The translations under genes were made by a program, and so were the position numbers. A stretch of DNA of 64,000 nucleotides from an uncultured Candidatus Rokubacteria bacterium (GTDB lineage: Bacteria > Methylomirabilota > Methylomirabilia > Rokubacteriales > DASRDR01), in contig CAVPSB010000049.1 in the NCBI GenBank assembly GCA_963708025.1, forward strand, positions 64,001 through 128,000. Reading direction: 5' to 3'. The notes under the pieces are model-generated. The model did no database searches. It was not told the DNA's origin and was given only the letters and a program-made list of their open reading frames with translations. Below, in pieces: positions 21,585 to 31,233 of this stretch (position 1 is the first letter of the stretch; every line of letters begins with the position of its first letter).

Positions 21585-22433
21585 TCTCCGGGGGCTCTCC
21601 CACGCCCGCGAGCGCGGCGGCGCCCCGCCCCACCAACTCGAACAGCGGCAGGCGGTCGCCGGGGCGGAGGCTCCGGCGCTCCGGGATCGGGAGCGTGGCG
21701 AGGTCGACGCGCGAGAGCGCCCCCAGCAGGCTCCGCTTGAGTCCGGGATGCCCGCGCTCCAGCTCCCGCAGGAGCCGCTTCACCCGGTGGCGCTGGAGGG
21801 TCGGATCCTTGCAGCCCGGGCAGGCGCAGCAGACGACCGGGAAGCCGCGGGCCGGGACGTAGTCCAGGATCTCCGCCTCCCACGCGTAGACCAGCGGCCG
21901 GATCACGGTGTGCCGGCCGTTGCCGGCACGGAGCCGGGGATGCATCGCCTTGATCCGACCGTTGAAGAACAGGTTGAGGAGGAGCGTCTCGATGAAGTCG
22001 TCGGCGTGGTGCCCGAGGGCGATCTTGTTGCACCCGAGCTCGTCGGCGTACTTGTAGAGGGCACCCCGGCGGAGCCGCGCGCACAGCGAGCAGAAGGTGT
22101 CGCCGAGCTGGATCTTCTCCTTCACCGTCAGGTTAATGCGGGCGTTCCGCATCTCGTACGGGTAGCCTTCCCGGGCGAGGTAATCCTCGACGATGTCGGC
22201 CCGGTAACCGGGGAATCCCTGGTCCACGTTGAGCGCCACCAGGTCGAACCGCACCGGGGCCTTCCGCTGGAGGAGCCGGAGGAGGTGCAGGAGCGCCCAC
22301 GAATCCTTGCCGCCGGAGACACCGACCAGGATGCGGTCCCCGGGGCGATCAGGTCGAAGTCCCCGATCGCCTGCCCCAGGCGCCGCTCCAGCCGGTGCTC
22401 GAGCCGCTCGACCTCGCTCGCTGCTTGGTTCAT
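21577..22433 (-). CDS. ttcA: tRNA 2-thiocytidine(32) synthetase TtcA; frameshift near 22340
   Basis: SGGKDS PP-loop, CSLCARLRRG, IALGHH.DD..ET, IRPL, C-terminal CxC. Confidence 0.88.
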
Positions 22434-22515
22434 GGACACGCCATCCGACGAGGGCACTCGATTGTAGCAATCCGCCCGACCCCGGTTCAACTTGCTTCGG
22501 CGGCTGGCAGTTTGC

Positions 22516-23301
22516 CTAGACCGACCCGGGCGATCCTCCGGACGCCGTCTCGTCCAGCGCGAGCGCGTCGCCACCGGCGTAGAGGTTGAAGCTGTCGTGC
22601 TGGAGGTAGCCGACGACGGTGACGCCGAGCTGCTCGGCCAGGCCGACGGCCATCTCGGTCGGCGAGGTCCGCGAGACGACCAGCGGCACGCCCATCCGGG
22701 CGCCCTTGAGCAGCATCTCGGAGGAGATGCGTCCGGTGTTCAGGAGGATGCGGTCCTTCGTCGAGACCCCCTTGAGCAAGGCCTCGCCGACCACCTTGTC
22801 CACCGCGTTGTGACGGCCCACGTCCTCGGCCATGAACAGGAGCCGATCCGGATCGGCCAGGCCCGCCCCGTGGATGCCGCGCGATGACCGGTAGCCAACC
22901 GCCTGGAGGTAGAGGTCCTTCATGCGCTCGAAGAGCCGGGTGGGCGGGACGCGCAGCGGCGACTCGACCCGGGCGAAGATGCGCGGGTCGATGCGGAAGG
23001 TGATCCCGCCGCCGCAGCCGGAGGTCAGGACGCGCTCCTTCGGAAGGTCCACCGGACCGGTCAGCTCGACCTCGGCCAACCCGTCCACCTCGGACACCGT
23101 GAGGCGCCGGACGTCGTCCACCGAGGCGATCACCTTCTCGAGCCAGAGGTAGCCGACCACCAGGCAGTCGAGCTTGGCCGGCGAGCAGAGCAGCGTGATG
23201 AACTTCTCGCCGTTCACGAAGACGGTGAGCGGCTGCTCCCGGACGACCTCGCCCCGGACCTCCCGCAGGCGACCCGTCTTCCAGTTGTAGTAGGCGCGCA
23301 T
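22516..23301 (-). CDS. fdhD: Formate dehydrogenase sulfurtransferase FdhD
   Basis: TSGCG, HGAGL, EDVGRHNAVDK, TGRISSEM. Confidence 0.93.
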   Translation of the reverse strand: MRAYYNWKTGRLREVRGEVVREQPLTVFVNGEKFITLLCSPAKLDCLVVGYLWLEKVIASVDDVRRLTVSEVDGLAEVELTGPVDLPKERVLTSGCGGGITFRIDPRIFARVESPLRVPPTRLFERMKDLYLQAVGYRSSRGIHGAGLADPDRLLFMAEDVGRHNAVDKVVGEALLKGVSTKDRILLNTGRISSEMLLKGARMGVPLVVSRTSPTEMAVGLAEQLGVTVVGYLQHDSFNLYAGGDALALDETASGGSPGSV

Positions 23302-23369
23302 GGTGCTGACACCAGCCTAGGCCGCGAGCGCACGGAAAGGCAAGGGATTCGCGGCCGGTCGGCCGCCGG

Positions 23370-24240
23370 TCAGGCCGGGGTCGAGGGCTGGAGCTGGACG
23401 AGGGTCGGGATACCCCGCCAGTACCCCTTCCGCCGGGCGACCAGGTCCAGGTGGGGCGAGCCCCAGTCCTCGACCAGCGCCGAGCCGGCGTTCCAGCGCA
23501 CCCGGCGGTCCAGCTCCTTGAGGTAGCCGTGGCAGGCCTGGCAGGCGCTGATCAGGTACCCCTCCTCCCGCTCCTCGCCCTGGAGGCGCACGAGGTCCTG
23601 GGGGCGCCGGGTGCCGCAGTGCGGGCATTGGAGCCGCGCGAACCCCCAGCCGGCGGCGCAGACGTGACACGCCAGGACCCGCTGGCCGTCCTCCCGCAGA
23701 TCGCCGAACCCGGGGGGCGCCCCGCAGAACGGGCACACCCCGAGATCCCAGATGCCGGGAGCTCAGGTGGGCCCGGCTCTCCGCGAAGTACGCGGCCAGG
23801 ATCGGCCGGAGACTCGCGCTGGCGACGAAGCCGAGCGCTTCCGCCGAGAGCCCGGTCGCGTCCCGGAGCGCGGCTGACCCGAGGCGCCCCCGCTCCGGGA
23901 ACAGGCCCTCGGGCCGGACGGCGCCCCGATCCCACGCCTCGGCGAGGCGCTGGAGGGCCTCGCCCTCCTCACCCACCGCGGCGAGGAACTCCAGGGCGGC
24001 GGCGACGAGCTCTTCCATCGCGGCCGGCGGGATCGCGGGTCGGGAGTCGACGAGCAGGGGCACGCCCCGCTGCCAGCGTGCCCGACACTCCTCGGAGCTC
24101 CACCCGAGAGGCGGGAGCGGCCGCTCGGGAACGGCCGCCCAGGCTTCGAAGATCAGCGCGTAGGGCGCCAGCGGCTCGCGAAAGGTCGGGCGGCGCTCGA
24201 GCAGCGCCGCCCACTCCGCGCGGAGCGTGGGGTTCGTCAC
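23370..24240 (-). CDS. fdhE: Formate dehydrogenase accessory protein FdhE; frameshift near 23755
   Basis: C-terminal CPFCG...CHVC...W...R..CPHCG...CQAC.GYLK motifs; in FDH operon. Confidence 0.85.
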
Positions 24241-24262
24241 CGGCCCCAGACGTCGAGCCGGA

Positions 24263-25204
24263 TCAGGTCCCTCCCACCTGCCCGGCGGCGATGATCACGT
24301 ACTTGGTGATGAAGCCGCCGATCAGGACGAGGAGCGAGGCCAGCATGGCCATGGCCGGGCCGGGCCGCTTGGTGGCCCCGCTGAGCTGGATCGCCAGCGG
24401 CGCGATCACGCCCACGACCACGGCACCCAGCCAGAACGTGAGGCTGTACGGGCCGCCGATCAGCGCGCCGAGCGCCTGGCCGATCCCGGCCGAGCCGGCC
24501 CCCTTCACCGACACGACGAAGAGGACGAGAGCCACCAGCTGGACCACCAGGGCGAAGGCCGTGACGCGCATCAGCCGGCCCAGCGCGTCGGCCGCCGCCC
24601 CGCCGACCAGGCTCAGGGCCAGCGCGATGGCGGCGCCGCCGGTCGAGGCGCCGATCGCCAGGAAGAGCGCGCCGAGCCAGTGGGCGTTGATGAAGAGCGG
24701 CCGCGCCGTCGAGCCGAGGAGGACGCCCGGGTACGCGGCCAGGAAGAAGCCGAAGATGGAGCCGATCAGGCCGACCACGAGCCGGAGCCCGGGGATGCTC
24801 TTGCCGCCGCGCTGCTCGAGGAACGTGTCCAGCGCGGCCAGCGTGGCGCAGCCCCCGAAGACCAGCAGCGCCCAGGCGCCGACGCTCATGGCGGAGAACG
24901 GCTTGAGATGGAAGGGGCCGACCGTGACGGCATCCATGCCGATCGCCGTGCTCGGCTTCGACACCATCATCATGTGGAGGAACCGCGTCGGGAGGCCGAG
25001 ATCCGCGATCAGGAGGATCGGGCACGGGAGCATCGCCAGGAAGGCGATGTAGTACCCGGCCCGGACCACGTCCCGGTACCGGCGCGCGTCGAGCAGGTAG
25101 GCGGCCGTGGCGATGACGAATGCGCCACCCGCGAGCCCGCCGAGGAAGAAGTAGACGTCGATCAGGAGCGGCCAGTCCGCGCTCTTGAGGAGACCCGGTT
25201 CCAT
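24263..25204 (-). CDS. NrfD/PsrC-type membrane anchor of formate dehydrogenase
   Basis: W..LI..YFFLGGLAGG...LLIADLG.P.RF.HM...S.MS.GAW.L...Y.GVLL..TA.P; multiple TM helices. Confidence 0.88.
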   Translation of the reverse strand: MEPGLLKSADWPLLIDVYFFLGGLAGGAFVIATAAYLLDARRYRDVVRAGYYIAFLAMLPCPILLIADLGLPTRFLHMMMVSKPSTAIGMDAVTVGPFHLKPFSAMSVGAWALLVFGGCATLAALDTFLEQRGGKSIPGLRLVVGLIGSIFGFFLAAYPGVLLGSTARPLFINAHWLGALFLAIGASTGGAAIALALSLVGGAAADALGRLMRVTAFALVVQLVALVLFVVSVKGAGSAGIGQALGALIGGPYSLTFWLGAVVVGVIAPLAIQLSGATKRPGPAMAMLASLLVLIGGFITKYVIIAAGQVGGT

Positions 25205-25980
25205 CACGCGTCCCCCTTGCCACTCCGGTCCCGGAACGCCATGACGGCGCCGAGGCCGATCAGGATCGCCGAGCCGATGGACAGCACGGAGTCGATGAAG
25301 ACGTTCCGCTGGGGGAGCTTCGGCTGGGCGGGGAGCCCGTAGGTCGCCGGCTTCCCCAGCAGCAGGAAGAACGCGTTCAGCCCGCCGAGCGGTCCGTTCT
25401 GGTCCTCGCCGTAGAGCTGGGCGCTGGCGTAGCCCTGCTTCTTGAGCTCCTCGACGCGCTTCCGGGCCACCACCGCCAGCTCGTCGCGGAACCCGAACTT
25501 GATGGACTGGGTGGGACAGGCCTTGGCGCAGGCGGGCCCGAGCCCGTTGTGGATCCGGTCGTTGCAGAACGTGCACTTGGTGGCGGTCCCGGTGTCGTGG
25601 TTGAACGCGACGACGCCGAACGGGCAGGCCGAGACGCAGTACCGGCAGCCGTTACAGATGTCCTGGTTGATGTTGACGGTGCCGTGCTCGGTCCGGTAGA
25701 TGGCGCCGGTGGGGCAGGCTTCCAGGCACCCGGCCTGGGCGCAGTGCTTGCACACGTCCGACATCATGTGCCACTGCTTGATCTGCCCCTTGTCGTCGGT
25801 CTCCTCGAAGAACCGGACGAGCCGGTAGCTCTTGTCGGTGAAATGGGCGTGGTTCTGATAGGTGCCGGTCCACTCCGGCTCCTCATGCGCGAGCTGGTTC
25901 CACTGCTTGCAGGCGACCTGGCAGGCGCGGCACCCGATGCACAGCGAGACGTCCGTGAACATCGCGAGCGTGCGGGCCAT
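25204..25980 (-). CDS. fdnH: Formate dehydrogenase iron-sulfur (beta) subunit, 4x[4Fe-4S] with C-terminal TM helix
   Basis: CIGCRACQVAC, CKHC...CLEACP, CNGCRYCVSACP, KCTFC...CAKACP. Confidence 0.9.
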   Translation of the reverse strand: MARTLAMFTDVSLCIGCRACQVACKQWNQLAHEEPEWTGTYQNHAHFTDKSYRLVRFFEETDDKGQIKQWHMMSDVCKHCAQAGCLEACPTGAIYRTEHGTVNINQDICNGCRYCVSACPFGVVAFNHDTGTATKCTFCNDRIHNGLGPACAKACPTQSIKFGFRDELAVVARKRVEELKKQGYASAQLYGEDQNGPLGGLNAFFLLLGKPATYGLPAQPKLPQRNVFIDSVLSIGSAILIGLGAVMAFRDRSGKGDA

Positions 25981-25982
25981 GG

Positions 25983-28900
25983 CTACGCCTCCTTCTTCAC
26001 GTTGCAGAGGAGGGCCTTGGACTCCTGGATGAACGTCGTCGGGTCACCGAGGCTCGCGACGAGGTCGTTGGTGATGTCCCCCCGGGCCGACTTCATGACG
26101 CCCTGGTACCCCCAGTGCCACGGGATACCGACCTGGTACACCTTCTTCCCGTTGATGATGAACGGCTTGATGCGCTCGGTGACCATCGCCTGGACCTTGA
26201 TCTTGGCCCGCGGCGTCTCCACCGTGACCATGTCGCCGTTCTTGATCCCCAGCTCCTTGGCCATCTCGGGGCCGATCTCGGCGAAGTGACCGTAGAACAG
26301 CTCGGAGAGCCACGGGATGTGGCGGGACATCCCCGCCGCGTGGTGCTCGGTCAGCCGGTAGGTCGTGAGGACGTACGGGTACTTGTCGGGCGTCCCGAGC
26401 TTGTTGAGGTCGCCGATGTCGTAGACCTTGGCCACCGGGTTGTTCTGGACCTTGGAGAGCAGGTTCTGGGTCGGCGACTCGAACGGCTCGTAGTGCTCGG
26501 GGAACGGGCCGTCGAGGACCGAGGCGAAGAACTGCCCGAGGCCGTGGGGGTTCATGATGAACGCGTCCGTGCCGCTGATGCCCTTGAAGGGCCCGTCCTT
26601 GGCCCGCGGGGCATCAGGCGCCATGGTCCCGGCGAAATCCGCCACGTCGTTGCCCACCCACTTCTTCTGGGCGGCGTCCCACCAGATGAGCTTCTTCTTC
26701 TCGCTCCAGGGCTTGCCGGAGGGATCCGCCGAGGCACGGTTGTAGAGGATCCGGCGGTTGGCCGGCCAGGCGAAGCCCCAGCCGTGCCCGAGGTAGTCGC
26801 CTTCCTTCGGCTTCTCCCGGCGGAGGGCCAGGTTCTTCCCCTCCTCGGGATAGATCCCGGTGTAGATCCAGTTGCCGCAGGCCGTCGAGCCGTCGTCCCG
26901 AAGGTGGGCGAAGGTCTTCATCGGCTGACCATTCTTGTAGACGAACTCGCCCGGCTTGTCCTTGTCCGGGATGTCCTCGGTGGCGTACCCGTTGCACTCC
27001 TTCAGCACCAGCTCCATCTTGGGCTCCTTCTTCGGGCCCTGGGGCTGGTAGTCCCACACGAGGTCCAGGATCGGCCGGTCCTTCTTCGCCGTGGAGTCCT
27101 TGTAGAGCGCCTTCACGCGGCTGCCGACGTCCACGATGAACGCGGCGTCGGAGCGGGCGTCCCCGGGCGGATCCACCGCTTTGAGGTGCCACTGGGCCAG
27201 CCGCATGGTGTTGGTGATCGAGCCGTCCTTCTCGGCGGCCGGGGCGCCCGGAATGAAGAACACCTCCACCTGCGACGACTTGGGATCGACCCCCGGCTCC
27301 TTCCACACCGTGGCGGTCTCGGTCTCGAAGAGATCGACCACCACCAGCCACTCGAGGCTGCGGAGGGCCTGGCGGGCCATCTTGGCGTTGGGGCTGTCCA
27401 CCGCCGGGTTCTGCCCCATGACGAGGAAGCCCTTGACCTGCTTCTTCAGCATCCCGACCAGGAAGTGCTGGTGGGAATAGGCGTCGCCCTTCTCCCGCTT
27501 GGGGAGGTAGTCGTAGGCGTAGTCGTTCTCTTTCTTCGCCGCCGGGCCCCACCAGGCCTTGAGCAGGCTGACCACGAACTTCGGGTTGTTGACCCAGTAC
27601 CCGCCCTTGGGGGTTGTCTTCTCGAGGTACTCGGTCAGCGTCTGATGCGGCGCCTGGAGCGGCTCGGCCGGATAGCCGGGCAGCATGTGATAGAGGGTGC
27701 CGAAGTCGGTCGCCCCCTGAACGTTCGAGTGACCACGCAGGGCGACCACCCCGCCGCCGGGGCGCCCGATGTTGCCCAGGATGAGCTGCAGCATGCAGAG
27801 CGCCCGGATCTGCTGGACGCCGTTGGTGGACTGGTTGAGCTGGAGCGCGTAGGAGGCGGTGGCGGTCTTGTCCGGTCCCGACGCCGAGCAGTAGACGTCC
27901 GCCACCTTCAGGAACAGCTCCTTCGGGATCCCGCACACCTTTTCCACCATCTCGGGGGTGTACCGCGCGTAGTGATGGCGGAGCTGCTGAAAGACGCAGT
28001 TCGGGTCCTTCAAGGTCTTGTCCTGCTTGGGGTAGCCCTCGCCGTCGAGCTGGAACTTCCAGGTGGACTGGTCGTACGCTCGCTTGCCGGCGTCATAGCC
28101 GCTGAAGAGCCCGTCGAGGTCGGCGGGACCCTTGAAGGCCGGGTCGACCAGGAGCGAGGCGTTGGTGTAGGCCACCACGTAGTCGTGGAAGTACTTCTTG
28201 CTCTCGATCGCGTACCGGATCAGGCCGCCGAAGAACACGATGTTCGTCCCCGACCGGATGGGGACCCAGATGTCGGCGGTGGCCGAGGTCCGGGTGAAGC
28301 GCGGGTCCACGTGGATGATCTTGGCCCCGCGCTCCTTGGCCTTCATGACCCACTTGTAGCTGACCGGGTGACACTCCGCCCAGTTGGACGTGGGCATGAT
28401 GACGTCGGCATTCACGACGTCGATCAGGTTGGTCGTCATCGCGCCGCGGCCGAAGGTCGCGCCAAGCGCGGGCACCGTCGCCGAGTGGCACAGGCGGGCG
28501 GAGTTCTCGAGATTCACCAGCCCGAGGCCGCGGGAGAGCTTGGCGATCAGGTAGTTCTCCTCGTTGTCCAGCACCGAGGAGCCGAGCCAGGCGATCCCCT
28601 CGCAGCGGTTGACGGTGACCTCCTTGTCGGCGACCTTCGCGGTCTCGACGAACGACGCGTCCCGGGCCTTCTTCATCCGCTGGGCGATCTGGTCCATCAT
28701 CCAGTCGAGGGGCTTCTCCTCCCACCGATCGCTCCCTGCCGCCCGGTACAGGCACTTGCTGATCCGGCGCTCGTTCAGCGAGAGCTGGTAAGTCGAGGAG
28801 CCCTTGGGACAGAGCGCCCCCTCGGTGTGCGGGGTGTCAGGATCGCCTTCGATGTCGACGATCTTGTTGTCCTTGACGTAGATGAGCTGGGCGCAGCCCA

Positions 28901-29063
28901 CCGCGCAATAGGGACAGACGCCAGGAAACGCCTTCGCTTCCTTCAGCCGGATCGAGGTGGCGGCCGCCTCGACGGGGGCCAGATCGATCCCCCGGGCGCC
29001 GACGGCGACACCGGCCGCACTCGCGCCGGACCACTTGAAGAAGTCGCGTCGAGACAGGCTCAT
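25983..29063 (-). CDS. fdnG: Periplasmic formate dehydrogenase alpha subunit (Tat signal, Cys ligand)
   Basis: SRRDFFK Tat motif; CPYCAVGC; ARLCHS; RGHSNVQG; TTYRLTEH. Confidence 0.95.
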   Translation of the reverse strand: MSLSRRDFFKWSGASAAGVAVGARGIDLAPVEAAATSIRLKEAKAFPGVCPYCAVGCAQLIYVKDNKIVDIEGDPDTPHTEGALCPKGSSTYQLSLNERRISKCLYRAAGSDRWEEKPLDWMMDQIAQRMKKARDASFVETAKVADKEVTVNRCEGIAWLGSSVLDNEENYLIAKLSRGLGLVNLENSARLCHSATVPALGATFGRGAMTTNLIDVVNADVIMPTSNWAECHPVSYKWVMKAKERGAKIIHVDPRFTRTSATADIWVPIRSGTNIVFFGGLIRYAIESKKYFHDYVVAYTNASLLVDPAFKGPADLDGLFSGYDAGKRAYDQSTWKFQLDGEGYPKQDKTLKDPNCVFQQLRHHYARYTPEMVEKVCGIPKELFLKVADVYCSASGPDKTATASYALQLNQSTNGVQQIRALCMLQLILGNIGRPGGGVVALRGHSNVQGATDFGTLYHMLPGYPAEPLQAPHQTLTEYLEKTTPKGGYWVNNPKFVVSLLKAWWGPAAKKENDYAYDYLPKREKGDAYSHQHFLVGMLKKQVKGFLVMGQNPAVDSPNAKMARQALRSLEWLVVVDLFETETATVWKEPGVDPKSSQVEVFFIPGAPAAEKDGSITNTMRLAQWHLKAVDPPGDARSDAAFIVDVGSRVKALYKDSTAKKDRPILDLVWDYQPQGPKKEPKMELVLKECNGYATEDIPDKDKPGEFVYKNGQPMKTFAHLRDDGSTACGNWIYTGIYPEEGKNLALRREKPKEGDYLGHGWGFAWPANRRILYNRASADPSGKPWSEKKKLIWWDAAQKKWVGNDVADFAGTMAPDAPRAKDGPFKGISGTDAFIMNPHGLGQFFASVLDGPFPEHYEPFESPTQNLLSKVQNNPVAKVYDIGDLNKLGTPDKYPYVLTTYRLTEHHAAGMSRHIPWLSELFYGHFAEIGPEMAKELGIKNGDMVTVETPRAKIKVQAMVTERIKPFIINGKKVYQVGIPWHWGYQGVMKSARGDITNDLVASLGDPTTFIQESKALLCNVKKEA

Positions 29064-29181
29064 GGCGACACTCCTCCGGGCTCACCGGGTTCAGAAACCA
29101 GGATGGGTCGGCCAGGGACGGGTGTCCGGCCGTCGTGCCCGCGGGCCTTCGAGCGGGAGGCGGCGTGTGCCAGCACGGGGC

Positions 29182-29460
29182 TCAGAGCTCGGGGCTGGCC
29201 CACTCTTCCCACGCGCGGCGCACCACGATCAGCCTCTCGGGGCGCCCCGCGGGGGATTCCACCTTGATGATGTCACCGGGGTTGAGCGCGTCGAGGTCGG
29301 TCGTCGTCCCCTCTTCGGTCACGACGAGCGTGCGCTCCTGACAGGACAGCTCCGAGCACCGGTCCTCGGCGCCCCGGACGCGCACGCGGCCCTGCGCCTT
29401 GTCGACCTCGACCACCAAGAAGCGAGTCTGCTGCAGCCAATCGGTGAGACTCTGCGCCAT
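29182..29460 (-). CDS. Small hypothetical protein leading the FDH transcript
   Basis: GGAGGTG SD before ATG; beta-rich sequence (VVEVDK...LNPGDIIKVE). Confidence 0.65.
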   Translation of the reverse strand: MAQSLTDWLQQTRFLVVEVDKAQGRVRVRGAEDRCSELSCQERTLVVTEEGTTTDLDALNPGDIIKVESPAGRPERLIVVRRAWEEWASPEL

Positions 29461-29506
29461 GGCCGACACCTCCGTGATGGCGGGGGCGTGGATCGACGGT
29501 TGCCGC

Positions 29507-29535
29507 ATGGTAGTGTGGTCTGACCGCCGTGTCAA
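29507..29535 (-). promoter_or_regulatory. Sigma-70 promoter with FadR-type operator in the spacer
   Basis: Minus strand TTGACA-17-TACCAT; TGGTCTGACC at 29516-29525. Confidence 0.65.
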
Positions 29536-29594
29536 GTAACTGCCATAACGCCTAAATTCCAGGCGCTGGAGCCTCCAGGAGGGGCTGGATCGGG

Positions 29595-29933
29595 TCAGGG
29601 ACTCGGGGTTTCCCCGACAGAGGGGCGATCGGGGGCGGGCGGGCGGGCGTAGGCCCGCAGTGACTCCTCGAGGAGCTGGCGCGCCTCTTCCGGCCGGCCG
29701 GCCTCCAGCCGCTCGACCACGCGCCGACCGGTGGCGGGGCTCAGGATCGCTCCGTTGCTGACGGGGTCGTAGAGCCGGCCCAGCTCGACGACGACGCCCT
29801 TGACGCGTCCGACGTCCTCGAGGTGGTCGAGGGCCTCGCGGAACAGGTCGATGGCGGGGTCGTCGCGCTTCCGCAGCTTCCCGCGCCGGAAGACCAGGTC
29901 CTGGCCAGGGTCGGGACGATGCTCGTCAGCCAT
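29595..29933 (-). CDS. Hypothetical protein
   Basis: MADEHRPDPGQDLVFRRGKLRKRDD...; TGGTATAAT extended -10 immediately upstream. Confidence 0.6.
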   Translation of the reverse strand: MADEHRPDPGQDLVFRRGKLRKRDDPAIDLFREALDHLEDVGRVKGVVVELGRLYDPVSNGAILSPATGRRVVERLEAGRPEEARQLLEESLRAYARPPAPDRPSVGETPSP

Positions 29934-30053
29934 CGGCGGGCCCCGATTATACCAGGGCTCGCCGACACCCCGGCAGTCCGCCGACCCGCTGTCGAAATCG
30001 CTTGACCGCCTCGCAGCCTGGGCACTAGGCTGGGCAGCCATGGGAGCCCGGCC

Positions 30054-31031
30054 GTGACCATGGTGGTCAACTGCGCGGCTTATGCCGGCGGGCGCCGGGT
30101 CGCCGACCTCGAGATCGAGAAGATCGGACACGTCCTCCAGGAGGAGGACCGCTTCGTCTGGATCGGCCTCCACGAGCCGACCGAGGACCTCCTGAAGCAG
30201 GTCCAGCAGGCGTTCGGGCTCCACGACCTCGCGATCGAGGATGCCCACCGGGCCCACCAGCGGCCGAAGCTCGAGCGGTACGACGAGTCCCTCTTCGTCG
30301 TCCTCCGCACCGCCCAGATGAACCGCGAGCAGCGGCGCATCGAGTTCGGCGAGACGCATCTCTTCGTCGGCCCCCGGTACGTGGTGTCGGTGCGCCACGG
30401 GGCCTCGCTGTCCTACGCCGACGTGCGGGCCCGCTGCGAGGCGACACCCCGGCTCCTGAGCAAGGGGCCGGGCTTCGTCCTTTACGCGCTCCTGGACTTC
30501 GTCGTCGATCACTACTTCCCCATCGTCGACACGTTCGAGGACGAGCTGGAGTCGCTCGAAGACCAGATCTTCGGGGAGGAGTTCAGCCGCGAGACCACCC
30601 GGCGGATCTACGAGCTGAAGCGCGACCTCCTGGAGGTCAAGCGCGCGGTATCGCCGCTGGTGGACGTCTGCAACCGCCTGATGCGCTTCGATCTCGACCT
30701 CATCCCAGACGACACCCGGCCGTACTTCCGGGACGTGTACGACCACGTGATCCGCATCAACGAGATCGTGGACAATCTGCGGGAGCTCCTGACCAGCGCG
30801 CTGGAGGCCAACCTCTCCCTCATCTCGGTCTCCCAGAACGACGCCATGAAGAAGCTGGCCGGCTGGGCCGCGATCTTCGCGGTGCCGACGATGATCGCCG
30901 GGGTCTACGGCATGAACTTCAAGTGGATGCCCGAGCTGGAGACGCCGTTCGGCTACCCGGTGGTGATGGGAGTGATGCTGGGGGCGTGCGGCTTCCTGTA
31001 CTACCAGTTCAAGCGCTCGGGCTGGCTCTGA
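30054..31031 (+). CDS. corA: Magnesium/cobalt transporter CorA
   Basis: WIGL, LHDLAIED...QRPKLE.Y, YGMNF signature, two C-terminal TMs. Confidence 0.95.
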   Translation: MTMVVNCAAYAGGRRVADLEIEKIGHVLQEEDRFVWIGLHEPTEDLLKQVQQAFGLHDLAIEDAHRAHQRPKLERYDESLFVVLRTAQMNREQRRIEFGETHLFVGPRYVVSVRHGASLSYADVRARCEATPRLLSKGPGFVLYALLDFVVDHYFPIVDTFEDELESLEDQIFGEEFSRETTRRIYELKRDLLEVKRAVSPLVDVCNRLMRFDLDLIPDDTRPYFRDVYDHVIRINEIVDNLRELLTSALEANLSLISVSQNDAMKKLAGWAAIFAVPTMIAGVYGMNFKWMPELETPFGYPVVMGVMLGACGFLYYQFKRSGWL

Positions 31032-31036
31032 TCCTT

Positions 31037-31086
31037 CGGGGGGGTCTCGGAAGACCCCCCCGAGCCCCCCCTCGGAGGCCGCGACT
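31037..31086. repeat. Interspersed palindromic repeat, family 2 (GGGGGTCTCGGAAGACCCCC core)
   Basis: Copies at 31037-31086, 34381-34416, inverted at 49575-49623, partial near 18077-18094; each right after a stop codon. Confidence 0.8.
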
Positions 31087-31233
31087 GTTGGACGGCCGTC
31101 GGCCTGTGGGCCGCGGCTCGAAGTGGAACGCCGCGGCCGCGCGGCCGAGAACCAGCGGGTTGCGAGAATCCAATGGGCAGAGGAAATCGGACTGGCCGGC
31201 CTTCCTGCATCCTCACTCGCTGAGGGGGATCGG

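Noticed and set aside
28480-28500. Selenocysteine in the FDH alpha subunit
   Set aside because: The ligand codon is TGC (Cys) and the frame is uninterrupted.
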